NCBI GenBank assembly: GCA_034440375.1 | Contig: JAWXBZ010000062.1 | Coordinates: forward strand, 1-19,254 | Direction of reading: 5' to 3' | Origin: Candidatus Eiseniibacteriota bacterium | GTDB taxonomy: Bacteria; Eisenbacteria; RBG-16-71-46; JABDJR01; JAWXBZ01 | Length of the DNA stretch: 19,254 nt | Part shown: positions 1 to 8,320 of the stretch, piece by piece | How positions within the stretch are numbered: the stretch's first letter is position 1 | Layout of the letters: the number at the start of each line of letters is the position of its first letter | Program-made: the position numbers and the translations under genes | Notes under the pieces: model-generated | Seen by the model: the letters and a program-made list of their open reading frames with translations, nothing else | The model's database searches: none | What the model was told of the DNA's origin: nothing

Positions 1-484
1 CGCCGGGCAATACGACCACCCCGGCGCCGATCTTGACCAGGTCCTCGACCACGGCCCCCCCCTTGCACTCCTTGTAATGGGCGCATCCCATGGGATGCGG
101 ATCGTCGGTGAAAACGACGTTCGGTCCCACGAACACGTGATCACCAAGGGTGACCATCTCCAGGAAGGAAAGGCTGTGGATACGGCAGCCGTTGCCGATC
201 CGGTTTCCGAATTCGAGGACGGCGTTGGTGCCGACTGAGCAGTCATCGCCGATGATGTTGTCCTCGCGGATCGAGGCGCCGTGACCGGTCTGGAAGCGAT
301 GGCCGATGGTGGTGCCGGCATAGATGACGGTGAAGGCCCGGATGATCGCGCCCTCGCCGATGATCAGCGGGAGCTCCCCCGGCAGCCGACCGCGCGGCGG
401 TCGTCCGAGAAAGATCGGCTCGTCGAGCTGGGCACCGGCGCCAAGGGTGACGTTCAGGAGGCCGGGCGGATGCGTCGAACTCAA
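1..484 (-). CDS. Hexapeptide-repeat (LbH) N-acetyltransferase, WbpD/WlbB-like; 3' end runs off the window
   Basis: Not in the ORF track; translated by hand from TTG at 484, which overlaps the upstream stop (TTGA). Reads MSSTHPPGLLNVTLGAGAQLDEPIFLG...IIGEGAIIRAFTVIYAGTTIGHRFQTGHGASIREDNIIGDDCSVG...IGNGCRIH...LGDHVFVGPNVVFTDDPHP...KIGAGVVVLPG. It has repeated [LIV]-G-x4 hexapeptides and a 'VFVGPNVVFTDD' segment typical of nucleotide-sugar N-acetyltransferases. Confidence 0.88.
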   Translation of the reverse strand, partial: MSSTHPPGLLNVTLGAGAQLDEPIFLGRPPRGRLPGELPLIIGEGAIIRAFTVIYAGTTIGHRFQTGHGASIREDNIIGDDCSVGTNAVLEFGNRIGNGCRIHSLSFLEMVTLGDHVFVGPNVVFTDDPHPMGCAHYKECKGGAVVEDLVKIGAGVVVLPG

Positions 485-1581
485 CGGTCGCCCTTTGCCA
501 CCCCGACTTCGATCGGCTCCCACTCCAGCCTTTCCAGGTGCCCGCCGTTCATGAGCGAGCGCTCGGCGGCCTCGAGGACCCGGACCACCTGAAGGCCCGA
601 TTCGGCATTGGACTGGGGCCGTCGCCCGGTCAGCCCGGCGATCAGAAAATCATCCAGCTCGGCCGCCAGTGGCTCGTAGGAATCAAGGCTGGGCGAGACG
701 ATATCGCCCGAGCGGTACGAAAGCTGGAATTCGCCAAAGGTTTGCGGATCGCGGTAGGAGACGCCCTTGTCGAAGACCTTGACCTTTTCCAGGTTCTCCG
801 TGTCGTCGTATACCACCATTCGCCGGCTCCCGACGATGGTGGTATTGCGGAGCTTGGACGGCGCCAGCCACGACACCTGCACATGGGCGATGGCCCCTGA
901 CTCGAAAACCAGGTCGATGAAGGCCACATCCGGGATACCCGGCTGCACATAGTCGCGGCCAACGGCCGACACCTGGATGGGGGGCTCGCCCAGCCAGTGA
1001 AGCAGCATGGAGAGATCGTGGGGCGCCAGGTCCCAGATGACGCTGGTGTCCTTCTGATGAATGCCGAGATTGACCCTTGTTGAAGAGATGTAGTGGATCG
1101 ACCCGAGTTCGCCCTTCTGGATCAGCTCGGCGATCAGCTTGACGGCCGGCGCGTAGATGAAGGTGTGTCCGACCATGACGATCCTGTTCCGTTCGCGGGC
1201 AAGATCCAGCAGACGGCGGGCCTGGGCGCTAGTGGCCGTGAACGGCTTCTCGACGAAGGTGTGCTTGCCGGCCAGGAGCGCGGCTTCCGCCAGGGGGAAA
1301 TGGGTCGAGAGTGGCGTGGCGATGACCACGGCGTCGATGTCGGGGGAATTGAGCAGTTCGCAGAAGGACGATTGGACGCCCACATGCGGATAGCGCTGCC
1401 GGATCTTCACCAGCCGTTCGGGTTTCAGATCACAGACGGTCAGATTTCGGCATCGTCGATTCTCGACCAGGTTGCGAATCAAATTCGGGCCCCAGTAGCC
1501 GCAGCCAACGACGCCGACACCGAGCTGACCCGTTGCGTTATCCGCCGAGCCGACCATGGCTTCCCCCTGCTCTTCCGTCAT
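481..1581 (-). CDS. Gfo/Idh/MocA-family NAD-dependent oxidoreductase (WbpB/WlbA-like nucleotide-sugar dehydrogenase)
   Basis: Rossmann motif GVVGCGYWG, family motif EKP (VEKPF) and DLAPHD. An alternative start at ATG 1557 is preceded by AGGGGG. Confidence 0.92.
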   Translation of the reverse strand: MTEEQGEAMVGSADNATGQLGVGVVGCGYWGPNLIRNLVENRRCRNLTVCDLKPERLVKIRQRYPHVGVQSSFCELLNSPDIDAVVIATPLSTHFPLAEAALLAGKHTFVEKPFTATSAQARRLLDLARERNRIVMVGHTFIYAPAVKLIAELIQKGELGSIHYISSTRVNLGIHQKDTSVIWDLAPHDLSMLLHWLGEPPIQVSAVGRDYVQPGIPDVAFIDLVFESGAIAHVQVSWLAPSKLRNTTIVGSRRMVVYDDTENLEKVKVFDKGVSYRDPQTFGEFQLSYRSGDIVSPSLDSYEPLAAELDDFLIAGLTGRRPQSNAESGLQVVRVLEAAERSLMNGGHLERLEWEPIEVGVAKGDR

Positions 1582-1591
1582 GTCAAAGCTG

Positions 1592-3067
1592 TCAATGCCC
1601 GCCCCGCCCGGAAAAAATAACCGGCACGGTTCGCAGGATGAGCTCGAGATCCAGTCCGATCGACCAGTGAGCGATGTAATAGATATCGAGCAGCACCATG
1701 TCCTCGAACGGCACCCGGCTCCGGCCGGTCACCTGCCAGAGCCCGGTCAGCCCGGGCGTGACATCCAGCCGACGCTTCTGCCATTCCTTGTGAAGATCCC
1801 ACTCGTAGGCCAGGCAGGGGCGCGGCCCCACCAGGCTCATCTCTCCCTTGATGATATTCCATAGCTGGGGGAGTTCGTCGAGCGATGTTCGACGCAGGAA
1901 AGCACCGATCCGCGTGACCCGGGGGTCGTCCACCAGCTTGTAGATCTTTTGCCCTTTCCGGTCCAGGCTGGCTTCTGCGCCGATCGTGACCAGTTTTTCC
2001 AGGTAGGCCCGATGGAGATGCTCGTCGTTGTTCACTACCATCGATCGGAACTTGAAAAAGTGGAAGACGCGCCCGTCACGGCCGACCCGCTCCTGGCGAT
2101 AGAAGACCGGTCCCCGGGATGTGAGCTTGATTCCGAGGGCGATCAGGGCGAATAGGGGCAGAAGGACGATCCCGCCGGCCAGCGCCCCGGTCAGGTCGAT
2201 GGCCCGCTTGATGTGGCGGGCCGGCGTGAAAAGACCCGACGGCTGGATTTCGATCACGGGCATGCCATCCAGCACGAAGACCGGGGCCCGGCCGATCATG
2301 ACGTTGAATGCCGGTGAGGCCACCACCACGGTCAGCCCCCACCCGACACAGCGCTGCACCAGTTCGATCAACGTGTCGCGAGGAATATCGTCGCGGACGA
2401 CATGGACCTGATCGATGGCGCCTTGCGAGGCGAGCCGCTCGATCTCTTCCGTAACGCCCTTGCCGTCGATGACGGTGCGGACCACCGGCGGAAAGAGCAT
2501 CCAGCGCAGCAGAAGGGCGCTGCGCCGCTGGCTCTCCGGGTCAGAACCGACGACGACAGCCTCGCTGGTCAGACGTCCCCGGAGGGCCCGAACGACGACC
2601 CAGCGCCAGACGCTCCACCGAAGCGTGAGAACCAGGGCGGTAGCTGTAAGCCAGAAGAGCAGCAGGGGGCCACGCCCGGGCATGGGAAACGAGGGCCGGA
2701 GGGCAAAGTCAACGAGGATCTGGAGGATGACGGCCAGGATGGAGGCCTTGAGAAGGCGGGTCGTCAGTTCCATCCGACGCCCGAGGAGACGGACTTCATA
2801 ACCGCCCGCCCAGGTGATCGAGCTGATCCAGATGCCCGCGGACAGGAGCGCAACGGGCAAGAGGCCCGGTAGAGGGCCCTGCCCCTGACGGCCCAGCGTC
2901 ATCATGGCCAACGCCACGGAACCGGCGATCGCCAGGAGGTCAAGGATCACCATGGAAGCTCGGAGGAGCAAGAGACGCCGCTCCTGCCTTCGATGCCGGG
3001 GCACCGGGGCCAGCTGGGGCGCCGGAACCTGCCCGGCGGGGATTTGAAGGGTCAGCGTAGAGTTCAT
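1592..3067 (-). CDS. Priming undecaprenyl-phosphate phosphoglycosyltransferase (WcaJ/WbaP-like, Bac_transf domain)
   Basis: About four N-terminal TM helices, a central Rossmann-like region, then [60 protein letters not shown]. Start placed at ATG 3067 (GGTGAG upstream) rather than the track's TTG 3118. Confidence 0.95.
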   Translation of the reverse strand: MNSTLTLQIPAGQVPAPQLAPVPRHRRQERRLLLLRASMVILDLLAIAGSVALAMMTLGRQGQGPLPGLLPVALLSAGIWISSITWAGGYEVRLLGRRMELTTRLLKASILAVILQILVDFALRPSFPMPGRGPLLLFWLTATALVLTLRWSVWRWVVVRALRGRLTSEAVVVGSDPESQRRSALLLRWMLFPPVVRTVIDGKGVTEEIERLASQGAIDQVHVVRDDIPRDTLIELVQRCVGWGLTVVVASPAFNVMIGRAPVFVLDGMPVIEIQPSGLFTPARHIKRAIDLTGALAGGIVLLPLFALIALGIKLTSRGPVFYRQERVGRDGRVFHFFKFRSMVVNNDEHLHRAYLEKLVTIGAEASLDRKGQKIYKLVDDPRVTRIGAFLRRTSLDELPQLWNIIKGEMSLVGPRPCLAYEWDLHKEWQKRRLDVTPGLTGLWQVTGRSRVPFEDMVLLDIYYIAHWSIGLDLELILRTVPVIFSGRGGH

Positions 3068-3092
3068 CCACTCACCATGGGGAAAGGCTGGG

Positions 3093-3230
3093 CGCCTCAA
3101 CGGCCTGCCGGTACGCAATGAGTTGGCCGATCTTGAGACGGATTTCCACCACCGACCAGCTCGAACTTACCATAGGGACGAAGGACGCCTCAATATCGGT
3201 GGGACTTCCCGTCCTTGTGGCCCGGACGGG
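3093..3230 (-). promoter_or_regulatory. Structured intergenic/leader region with overlapping inverted repeats
   Basis: 3127-3140 and 3186-3199 form a 12/14 inverted repeat (13/14 pairs counting G-U on the minus strand). 3125-3140 also pairs with 3093-3105. A 7-bp hairpin lies at 3208-3214/3224-3230. Function is not established. Confidence 0.4.
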
Positions 3231-3317
3231 CTAACCTCAATCCGCTCACTATCTAATGTGGGAATGCCGTGAAATTCATACAGATCAGTTGGCGCGTCAG
3301 CGACCTGAAACGGCGTC

Positions 3318-4397
3318 CTACGCAGGGGTCGACGCGGCCGGCCGGGAATTCGGCAATGAGCCGCCGGGGCCCGGAATCACGGTCATTCCGAAATGGGCCT
3401 TCATCTTGTGGACAATGACCCAGGTCGAAACCTCGGGGAGATGCCGCTTGATGGCACTCCGCGCGGTGCAGACCATCCAGCACGGCTCCTTGCAGTTGCG
3501 AACCACGTGCCGGATTTCGTCCATCTTCGGGCTGGTCCAGATTTCCAGGAACGACTGCTCGCGGACGTTTCCCACGGGCATGTTGAGGATGTTGCAGGGA
3601 AAGATGTTTCCCTTCGGGTCCATCATGTAGGAATCGTGTGCGGCCTCGCATCGAACCGGCCGTTGGCCGGTGGCGGCGAATTCACCCAGACCCTTCTGAA
3701 AATAGGCCCGGAACCACGATTTGACGTTGCTCGACTTCAGTTCCTCACGCGCCACCTTGTCGAGTTCTTGCGTCAACACATCGACGTGAACGCCGGTGTT
3801 CACCGCCGTCTGGAAGTAGTGTTCGGAGTTGTGCGCGACCGCGCAGGTGAACTGGACGCCGAGCTCCTTGGACAGCTTGTAGATGGTGCCCAGCTGGTGG
3901 TCGTTCTGCCCCATGGCGGTGAAGCCGATCCGGATGTTCTTGGAGCCGGCTTCCTGAAAAGCGCGGACTGTTTCGATGCACTTCCGATAGTTGCCGGGAA
4001 TGCCGCGGACCGCATCGTGCATGGCCTCGTCACCATCGATCGAGACGGCGAAACCGATGTCGGATTTTTCGCGCAACAGATCCGGCAGGATCCGGCGCGT
4101 GAGGCTGGGCTGGAGACCGTTCGTTGAGATGGTGATGGCCGCCTTCGGTGCGGCTTCCTTGCCGGCAGCCACCACATCGACCAGGTCCTTCCGAAGAAAT
4201 GTCTCGCCGCCTGTAATGTTGACATGCGACAGCGAGTCCGGAATCGTGGCCCGGTACTCCGCGGGTGTCATCTCCCCCGCGGACGCCTGATCCCCTTCCC
4301 AGATGCCGCACATGACGCATCGAGAATTGCACCGATAGGAGACTACGAGGAGCAGGTCGTCGGGGATATTTTTCAGGTTGGTCGTGTCGAGGTGCAT
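3318..4397 (-). CDS. Radical SAM protein with C-terminal SPASM/twitch domain
   Basis: CxxxCxxC motif (C23-NSR-C27-VM-C30), ITGGE, ISTNG and VSIDG motifs. C-terminal C-x12-G-x4-C (CEAAHDSYMMDPKGNIFPC), VGNV...SFLEIW, and CKEPCWMVC. Confidence 0.95.
   Translation of the reverse strand: MHLDTTNLKNIPDDLLLVVSYRCNSRCVMCGIWEGDQASAGEMTPAEYRATIPDSLSHVNITGGETFLRKDLVDVVAAGKEAAPKAAITISTNGLQPSLTRRILPDLLREKSDIGFAVSIDGDEAMHDAVRGIPGNYRKCIETVRAFQEAGSKNIRIGFTAMGQNDHQLGTIYKLSKELGVQFTCAVAHNSEHYFQTAVNTGVHVDVLTQELDKVAREELKSSNVKSWFRAYFQKGLGEFAATGQRPVRCEAAHDSYMMDPKGNIFPCNILNMPVGNVREQSFLEIWTSPKMDEIRHVVRNCKEPCWMVCTARSAIKRHLPEVSTWVIVHKMKAHFGMTVIPGPGGSLPNSRPAASTPA
4347..4397 (-). repeat. Copy A of a 51-bp diverged direct repeat (first 17 codons of the radical SAM gene)
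   Basis: atgcacctcgacacgaccaacctgaaaaatatccccgacgacctgctcctc; 43/51 nt identical to 5616-5666. Confidence 0.9.
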
Positions 4398-4466
4398 CCC
4401 GGCTCCGGGTGATATGACGCAACGGGCGGGGCCGGCGACTGGTGCTGCCCGGCCCGCGAGCCCTTA

Positions 4467-5666
4467 TCATAACAGAGACTCCGGCCCGGCCATCAGATTC
4501 CGATAGACCGCCTCAAACTGATCCACAACGGCCGGCCAGGCGTAAACCTGGCGGACCCGCTCCCTCGCCCCGGCGCCGACCGCCCTGAGTCGATCCGGCG
4601 CGGCCAGAAGCTCGGCCATGACCCTGGTCAGATCATCGGCATCTCTTGCCCGGAAATGAAAGCCGGTACCACCGAGCCCCTCCACCATCTCGGGAATGTC
4701 GCTGGCCAGCACCGGAGCCCCCTGGGCCATGGCCTCCAGAAGCACCAGGCTGACGGCGTCGCGCTCGGTTGGATTGACCAGGAGCCAGCACCCCGCGTAG
4801 AGCTCGGTCAGTTCCTCGCCCAGAATCGTGCCGGCAAAAACGACGCGTGGGCCGGCCGAGGCCTTGAGCTGTCGGGCGTAATCCTCGGAATGCGCCGGTT
4901 CGCCGCAGATCACGAGGGGAAGCTCAAGGTCCAGCCGACGGTGGGCGTCGATCAGGTAGTGACACCCTTTCTCGGGAACGAGGCGACCCACGAAAAGGAG
5001 ATAGGACCCCGGTCTGATCCCGAGCCGTTCGAGCACACCGGTTACACGCGGCTCGGGCATTTCGACCGCATTCGGAATGTAGATCGACTCGCGGCCGTAT
5101 CGCGCGCGATAGTCGTCGTGCGAAGCGGCGGTGTTGACCACCGATTGCCGGGCCGATGAGAGACCGAGCCCCTCACACCATCGAAAGTAGCTTCGAGCCC
5201 TTGGCCCCCACTTGCCTCCCTTCCACTCCTGACCATGCACATGAAAGAGGACGCGGGCCCCCGCCAGTCGGGCCAGTGGAATGACCGGCGCATTGCCGAG
5301 GGAATGGATATGCAGGATGTCGAAGCCCCGACCAAGCGCATCAATGGTGGACATGAGGGCATGGCTCAGGGTATCGGTGTACTTGCCGGGAAGCGATGCC
5401 GTCCAGCGCAACCGGATGCCACGATGGTGTCCCGCCGGAACATCCCCGGTGTAGGCCCGCCGGCTGTAGACCGTGACCTCATGCCCCCGCGCCACAAGGC
5501 GCGCCGAGAGTTCCTCGACTATCCGCTCGACGCCGCCGACGCTGGCGGGGATCCCCTTCGAACCGAGCATCGCCACCCGCAGGGGGCGATTTGGATCGTT
5601 GGTGACAGGCCTCTTGAGGAGCAGATCGTCGGGGATGTTGTTCCGATTGGTCGTGCTGACGTGCAT
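4467..5666 (-). CDS. GT4-family glycosyltransferase with a radical-SAM-like N-terminal extension
   Basis: LRVAMLGSKGIPASVGGVER, GHEVTVY, FVGRLVPEKG, and D-x7-E (DAVSLVLLE)AMAQG..VLASDIP. The exact start is uncertain because ATG 5666 has no clear SD. Confidence 0.92.
   Translation of the reverse strand: MHVSTTNRNNIPDDLLLKRPVTNDPNRPLRVAMLGSKGIPASVGGVERIVEELSARLVARGHEVTVYSRRAYTGDVPAGHHRGIRLRWTASLPGKYTDTLSHALMSTIDALGRGFDILHIHSLGNAPVIPLARLAGARVLFHVHGQEWKGGKWGPRARSYFRWCEGLGLSSARQSVVNTAASHDDYRARYGRESIYIPNAVEMPEPRVTGVLERLGIRPGSYLLFVGRLVPEKGCHYLIDAHRRLDLELPLVICGEPAHSEDYARQLKASAGPRVVFAGTILGEELTELYAGCWLLVNPTERDAVSLVLLEAMAQGAPVLASDIPEMVEGLGGTGFHFRARDADDLTRVMAELLAAPDRLRAVGAGARERVRQVYAWPAVVDQFEAVYRNLMAGPESLL
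5616..5666 (-). repeat. Copy B of the 51-bp diverged direct repeat (first 17 codons of the GT4 ORF)
   Basis: atgcacgtcagcacgaccaatcggaacaacatccccgacgatctgctcctc; MHVSTTNRNNIPDDLLL vs MHLDTTNLKNIPDDLLL, 13/17 aa identical. Confidence 0.9.
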
Positions 5667-5700
5667 TTGACGATGATACTAAAGTCACTGGCGTGAATCC

Positions 5701-6879
5701 CTATCGACCTTTAAACGCGCGACTCGACTCGGGGTCCATCACGGATTGCAGCAGCGACAGGACCGATGCGGCGCGCCCGGCCCAGGAGTGACCAGCCACG
5801 CTGTCGGAAAGGATCCGGCGGGCGGACGGCGTGGCGCCAAGCTCGCGGGCGGTCTCCAATGCCACCCGGAATTCGGCACCGGTGCGGGCCACGACCACTC
5901 CCGAAGTAAACTTGGCCAGCTCGGGCAGCGGCACGGCCGCGACCGCCAGGCCCGCCGCCAGAAATTCATAGACTTTCACGGGATCAACACTGGCGGTCAG
6001 GCTGTTCAGCCGAAAGGGCAGAAAGGCCGCGGCGGCCGTGGCCATCATCAAAGGCAGTTCCTCGTAGGGACGCCGGCCGACCCACTCCAGATTATCGGCG
6101 CGAGGAATGCCAGCGGGCGGATCCGCCTCGATCGGGCCGACGAGACGGAAATGCCACCCGGGGCAGGCACGAGCGATCTCGCCAATGAGCTCGAAGTCGA
6201 TCCAGGGGCCGAAGGTGCCGATCGTCAGCGCAATCCTCGATGCGCGAGGGTCGGTCCGATCCCCCGCGGCCACGGGCAAATCGATTGCCCCTCGGAAGCG
6301 CTCGTGCTCGACGCCGTTCGGGACCAAATGGACGGTGGCACCCCCCGCCCGGAGCCGATCGGCCAGTTTTTGACTCGAGGCCAGGACCCAGCGCGCGCGC
6401 CGAATCAATCGCGATTCGCCCGCCACCACTTCCCCGGCATCCGGAAACGCCCCCCAGTCGTCCATGCAGTCATAGATGAGCGGGATGTTGCCAAAGGCCT
6501 CGAGATAGCGCTCGTGTGACGGGTGCCCGAGCCAGATGAGATCCGGTGTCAGTCGTCGGCGTCGGAGTTCGCGCCGGAGCCCGCCGAGGAAGAATCGGTC
6601 GCTGAACGAACGGAGAACGTCGCCCCGGTGGCGCGGACCGCCAAGCGGTTCGTACAGGCTGAGCGTTCGCCCCTCGCCCTCCGGGTCATCGCGCCAGGCG
6701 GCCAGCGCACCTGCGGGAAGTCGATGCCGGGCGCGCCAGCTGCCGAGAAACGTGCGCGGATGCGCGTAGACGACACGGGTCCGGGCAGCGAGTTCGCGAG
6801 CCATGTGTTGTGGTCGCTGTCTCAGATAATACCAGTCAACGACACCGAAGTAGAGAATCGTCACCGGAGGCCCATCCAT
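5701..6879 (-). CDS. GT-B glycosyltransferase (TuaH-like, GT4 superfamily)
   Basis: DWYYLRQRPQHMAREL, IYDCMDDW, VPNGVE, WIDFEL, GRRPYEELP and DPVKVYEFLAAG motifs. Overlaps the flippase 3' end by 19 nt. Confidence 0.9.
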   Translation of the reverse strand: MDGPPVTILYFGVVDWYYLRQRPQHMARELAARTRVVYAHPRTFLGSWRARHRLPAGALAAWRDDPEGEGRTLSLYEPLGGPRHRGDVLRSFSDRFFLGGLRRELRRRRLTPDLIWLGHPSHERYLEAFGNIPLIYDCMDDWGAFPDAGEVVAGESRLIRRARWVLASSQKLADRLRAGGATVHLVPNGVEHERFRGAIDLPVAAGDRTDPRASRIALTIGTFGPWIDFELIGEIARACPGWHFRLVGPIEADPPAGIPRADNLEWVGRRPYEELPLMMATAAAAFLPFRLNSLTASVDPVKVYEFLAAGLAVAAVPLPELAKFTSGVVVARTGAEFRVALETARELGATPSARRILSDSVAGHSWAGRAASVLSLLQSVMDPESSRAFKGR

Positions 6880-8306
6880 CCAGGTAGCCGTTCGAAGGCG
6901 CGACGCCAGAGGCGGCCTCCAAGCGCCAGAGATACGAGCAGCGCCGGTATGGCCGCCAGGGCCTGAGCGACGGGATCGAGGCGCGGCATGAGCCAGAGTC
7001 CAAGTGCGAGCAGAAGGATGCCTCCCACGAGCAATCGCGGCGCCGGCACGATGTCAAGGCCGATCCACCGTCGGACCGCGACAGCCAGAATGACGGTGTG
7101 TACGAGGTACGATGCCACATGTGCTCCGGCCAGTCCGGTCGCCCCCCACCTGGGCACCAGGAGCCAGGCAGCAAACAGGTAGAGGACGGACCAGGTGGCA
7201 TTCAACAGGAAACCGCGACCCGTCATCCCGAAGCCAGCCAGGAATGAACCAGTGAGATAGCCCGCGCTGGAGATGAAGTAGCCGACGGTGAGAAGGGCCA
7301 CTGTGGGGGCGGCATCCTGATAGCCGGGGCCGAACAGTCCCACCCAGATTGGCGCGAGCCAACCGACGATGACGGCCGTTGGCAGCGACAGCAGCGTGAC
7401 ATAGACAAAGACAGGAGCGAAGGTGCGCACGGCCTCTTCGGGACGCTCACGGGATAGGCTGGCGATCATGGGGTAGAGCGGCATCGTGATGGCCATTGGC
7501 ACGAAGAGGATGGCCTGATTGAGTGTCTCGGCAACCTGGTAATGGCCGACCGACCCAAGGCCGCCGTGCCGACCAAGCCAGGTGCGACCCAGCCAGGCAA
7601 CCAACGGCACCAGGAGCGTCGACGCCAGCAAAGGCCAGCCGAGCGCGAGGCCGTGCGCCACATGGTTCAACGCCTCGCGCGACCAGTTGAGCCGGCGGAG
7701 TGAACGCGGGAGGGCGGCAAGCACGGCCAGCGCGAAAACAATGTGACCGACCCCGAGTGCCATGATGGCGCCTGGAAGGCCGTAGACGTGGGTGGCCGGG
7801 ATGAGCAGGGCGAGATTCAACCCTGTCAGGCCCATACTGTATATGGCCAGCCGTTGTATCTGTTGCCGCCCTTGAAGTATCGCGCCGGTCGCGGTTGACC
7901 AGACGATGGCCGCGACGGCAAATCCCAGCCAGGCGGTGTCCCGGGGATCCCCGGCGGGTCCGACCATGATCCGAGTGAGCCAGGGGGCGGCGGCCACGAC
8001 CAAAACACCCGCCAAAATGCCCATGACGAGGGCAGCCGTCAGGAAGCCCCCGAGGATCGCGGCGGTACGGGCTTCGGCTGTGTGCTTCTCGGCCACGAGT
8101 TTGGGCGCGATCAGAGGAAGCCCGAGCCCCGCAACCACCACGACCACGGCCTGAAAGCCGATGAGAATGACCCACGCACCGAAGGCCTCGGGGCCGAGAC
8201 GTCGAGCCAGGACCAGACTTGTTACAAAGCCAATGGCCCGCATGGCCACGATCGACACGAGCGTGATGGCCGTCCCACGAGTCACGGCCAAGCGTAGCGA
8301 ATCCAT
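6861..8306 (-). CDS. wzx: Wzx-type oligosaccharide flippase (MOP superfamily)
   Basis: Roughly 12-14 hydrophobic segments, 'LARRLGPEAFG' N-terminal signature, 'VGHYQVA', 'LFGPGY'; lies within the glycosyltransferase cluster. Confidence 0.88.
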   Translation of the reverse strand: MDSLRLAVTRGTAITLVSIVAMRAIGFVTSLVLARRLGPEAFGAWVILIGFQAVVVVVAGLGLPLIAPKLVAEKHTAEARTAAILGGFLTAALVMGILAGVLVVAAAPWLTRIMVGPAGDPRDTAWLGFAVAAIVWSTATGAILQGRQQIQRLAIYSMGLTGLNLALLIPATHVYGLPGAIMALGVGHIVFALAVLAALPRSLRRLNWSREALNHVAHGLALGWPLLASTLLVPLVAWLGRTWLGRHGGLGSVGHYQVAETLNQAILFVPMAITMPLYPMIASLSRERPEEAVRTFAPVFVYVTLLSLPTAVIVGWLAPIWVGLFGPGYQDAAPTVALLTVGYFISSAGYLTGSFLAGFGMTGRGFLLNATWSVLYLFAAWLLVPRWGATGLAGAHVASYLVHTVILAVAVRRWIGLDIVPAPRLLVGGILLLALGLWLMPRLDPVAQALAAIPALLVSLALGGRLWRRAFERLPGWMGLR

Positions 8307-8320
8307 CGGCTGACTTTAAC

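Noticed and set aside
55-62. C8/G8 run in the acetyltransferase (AAG GGG GGG GCC)
   Set aside because: It is in frame and short enough to be expected by chance in GC-rich DNA.
3072-3173. 33-codon ORF MVSSSWSVVEIRLKIGQLIAYRQAVEAPSLSPW as a leader peptide or RiPP precursor for the radical SAM
   Set aside because: It has no SD (pyrimidine-rich upstream) and no recognisable precursor motif, and the radical SAM lacks an N-terminal RRE.
3220-3284. Intergenic frame LYEFHGIPTLDSERIEVSPSG resembling [16 protein letters not shown] of the priming transferase
   Set aside because: It needs a gap and DNA similarity is low; probably chance.
5667-5678. TATCAT six nt before ATG 5666 as a leaderless-mRNA -10 box
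   Set aside because: There is no supporting -35 or extended -10 element; a single hexamer is insufficient evidence.
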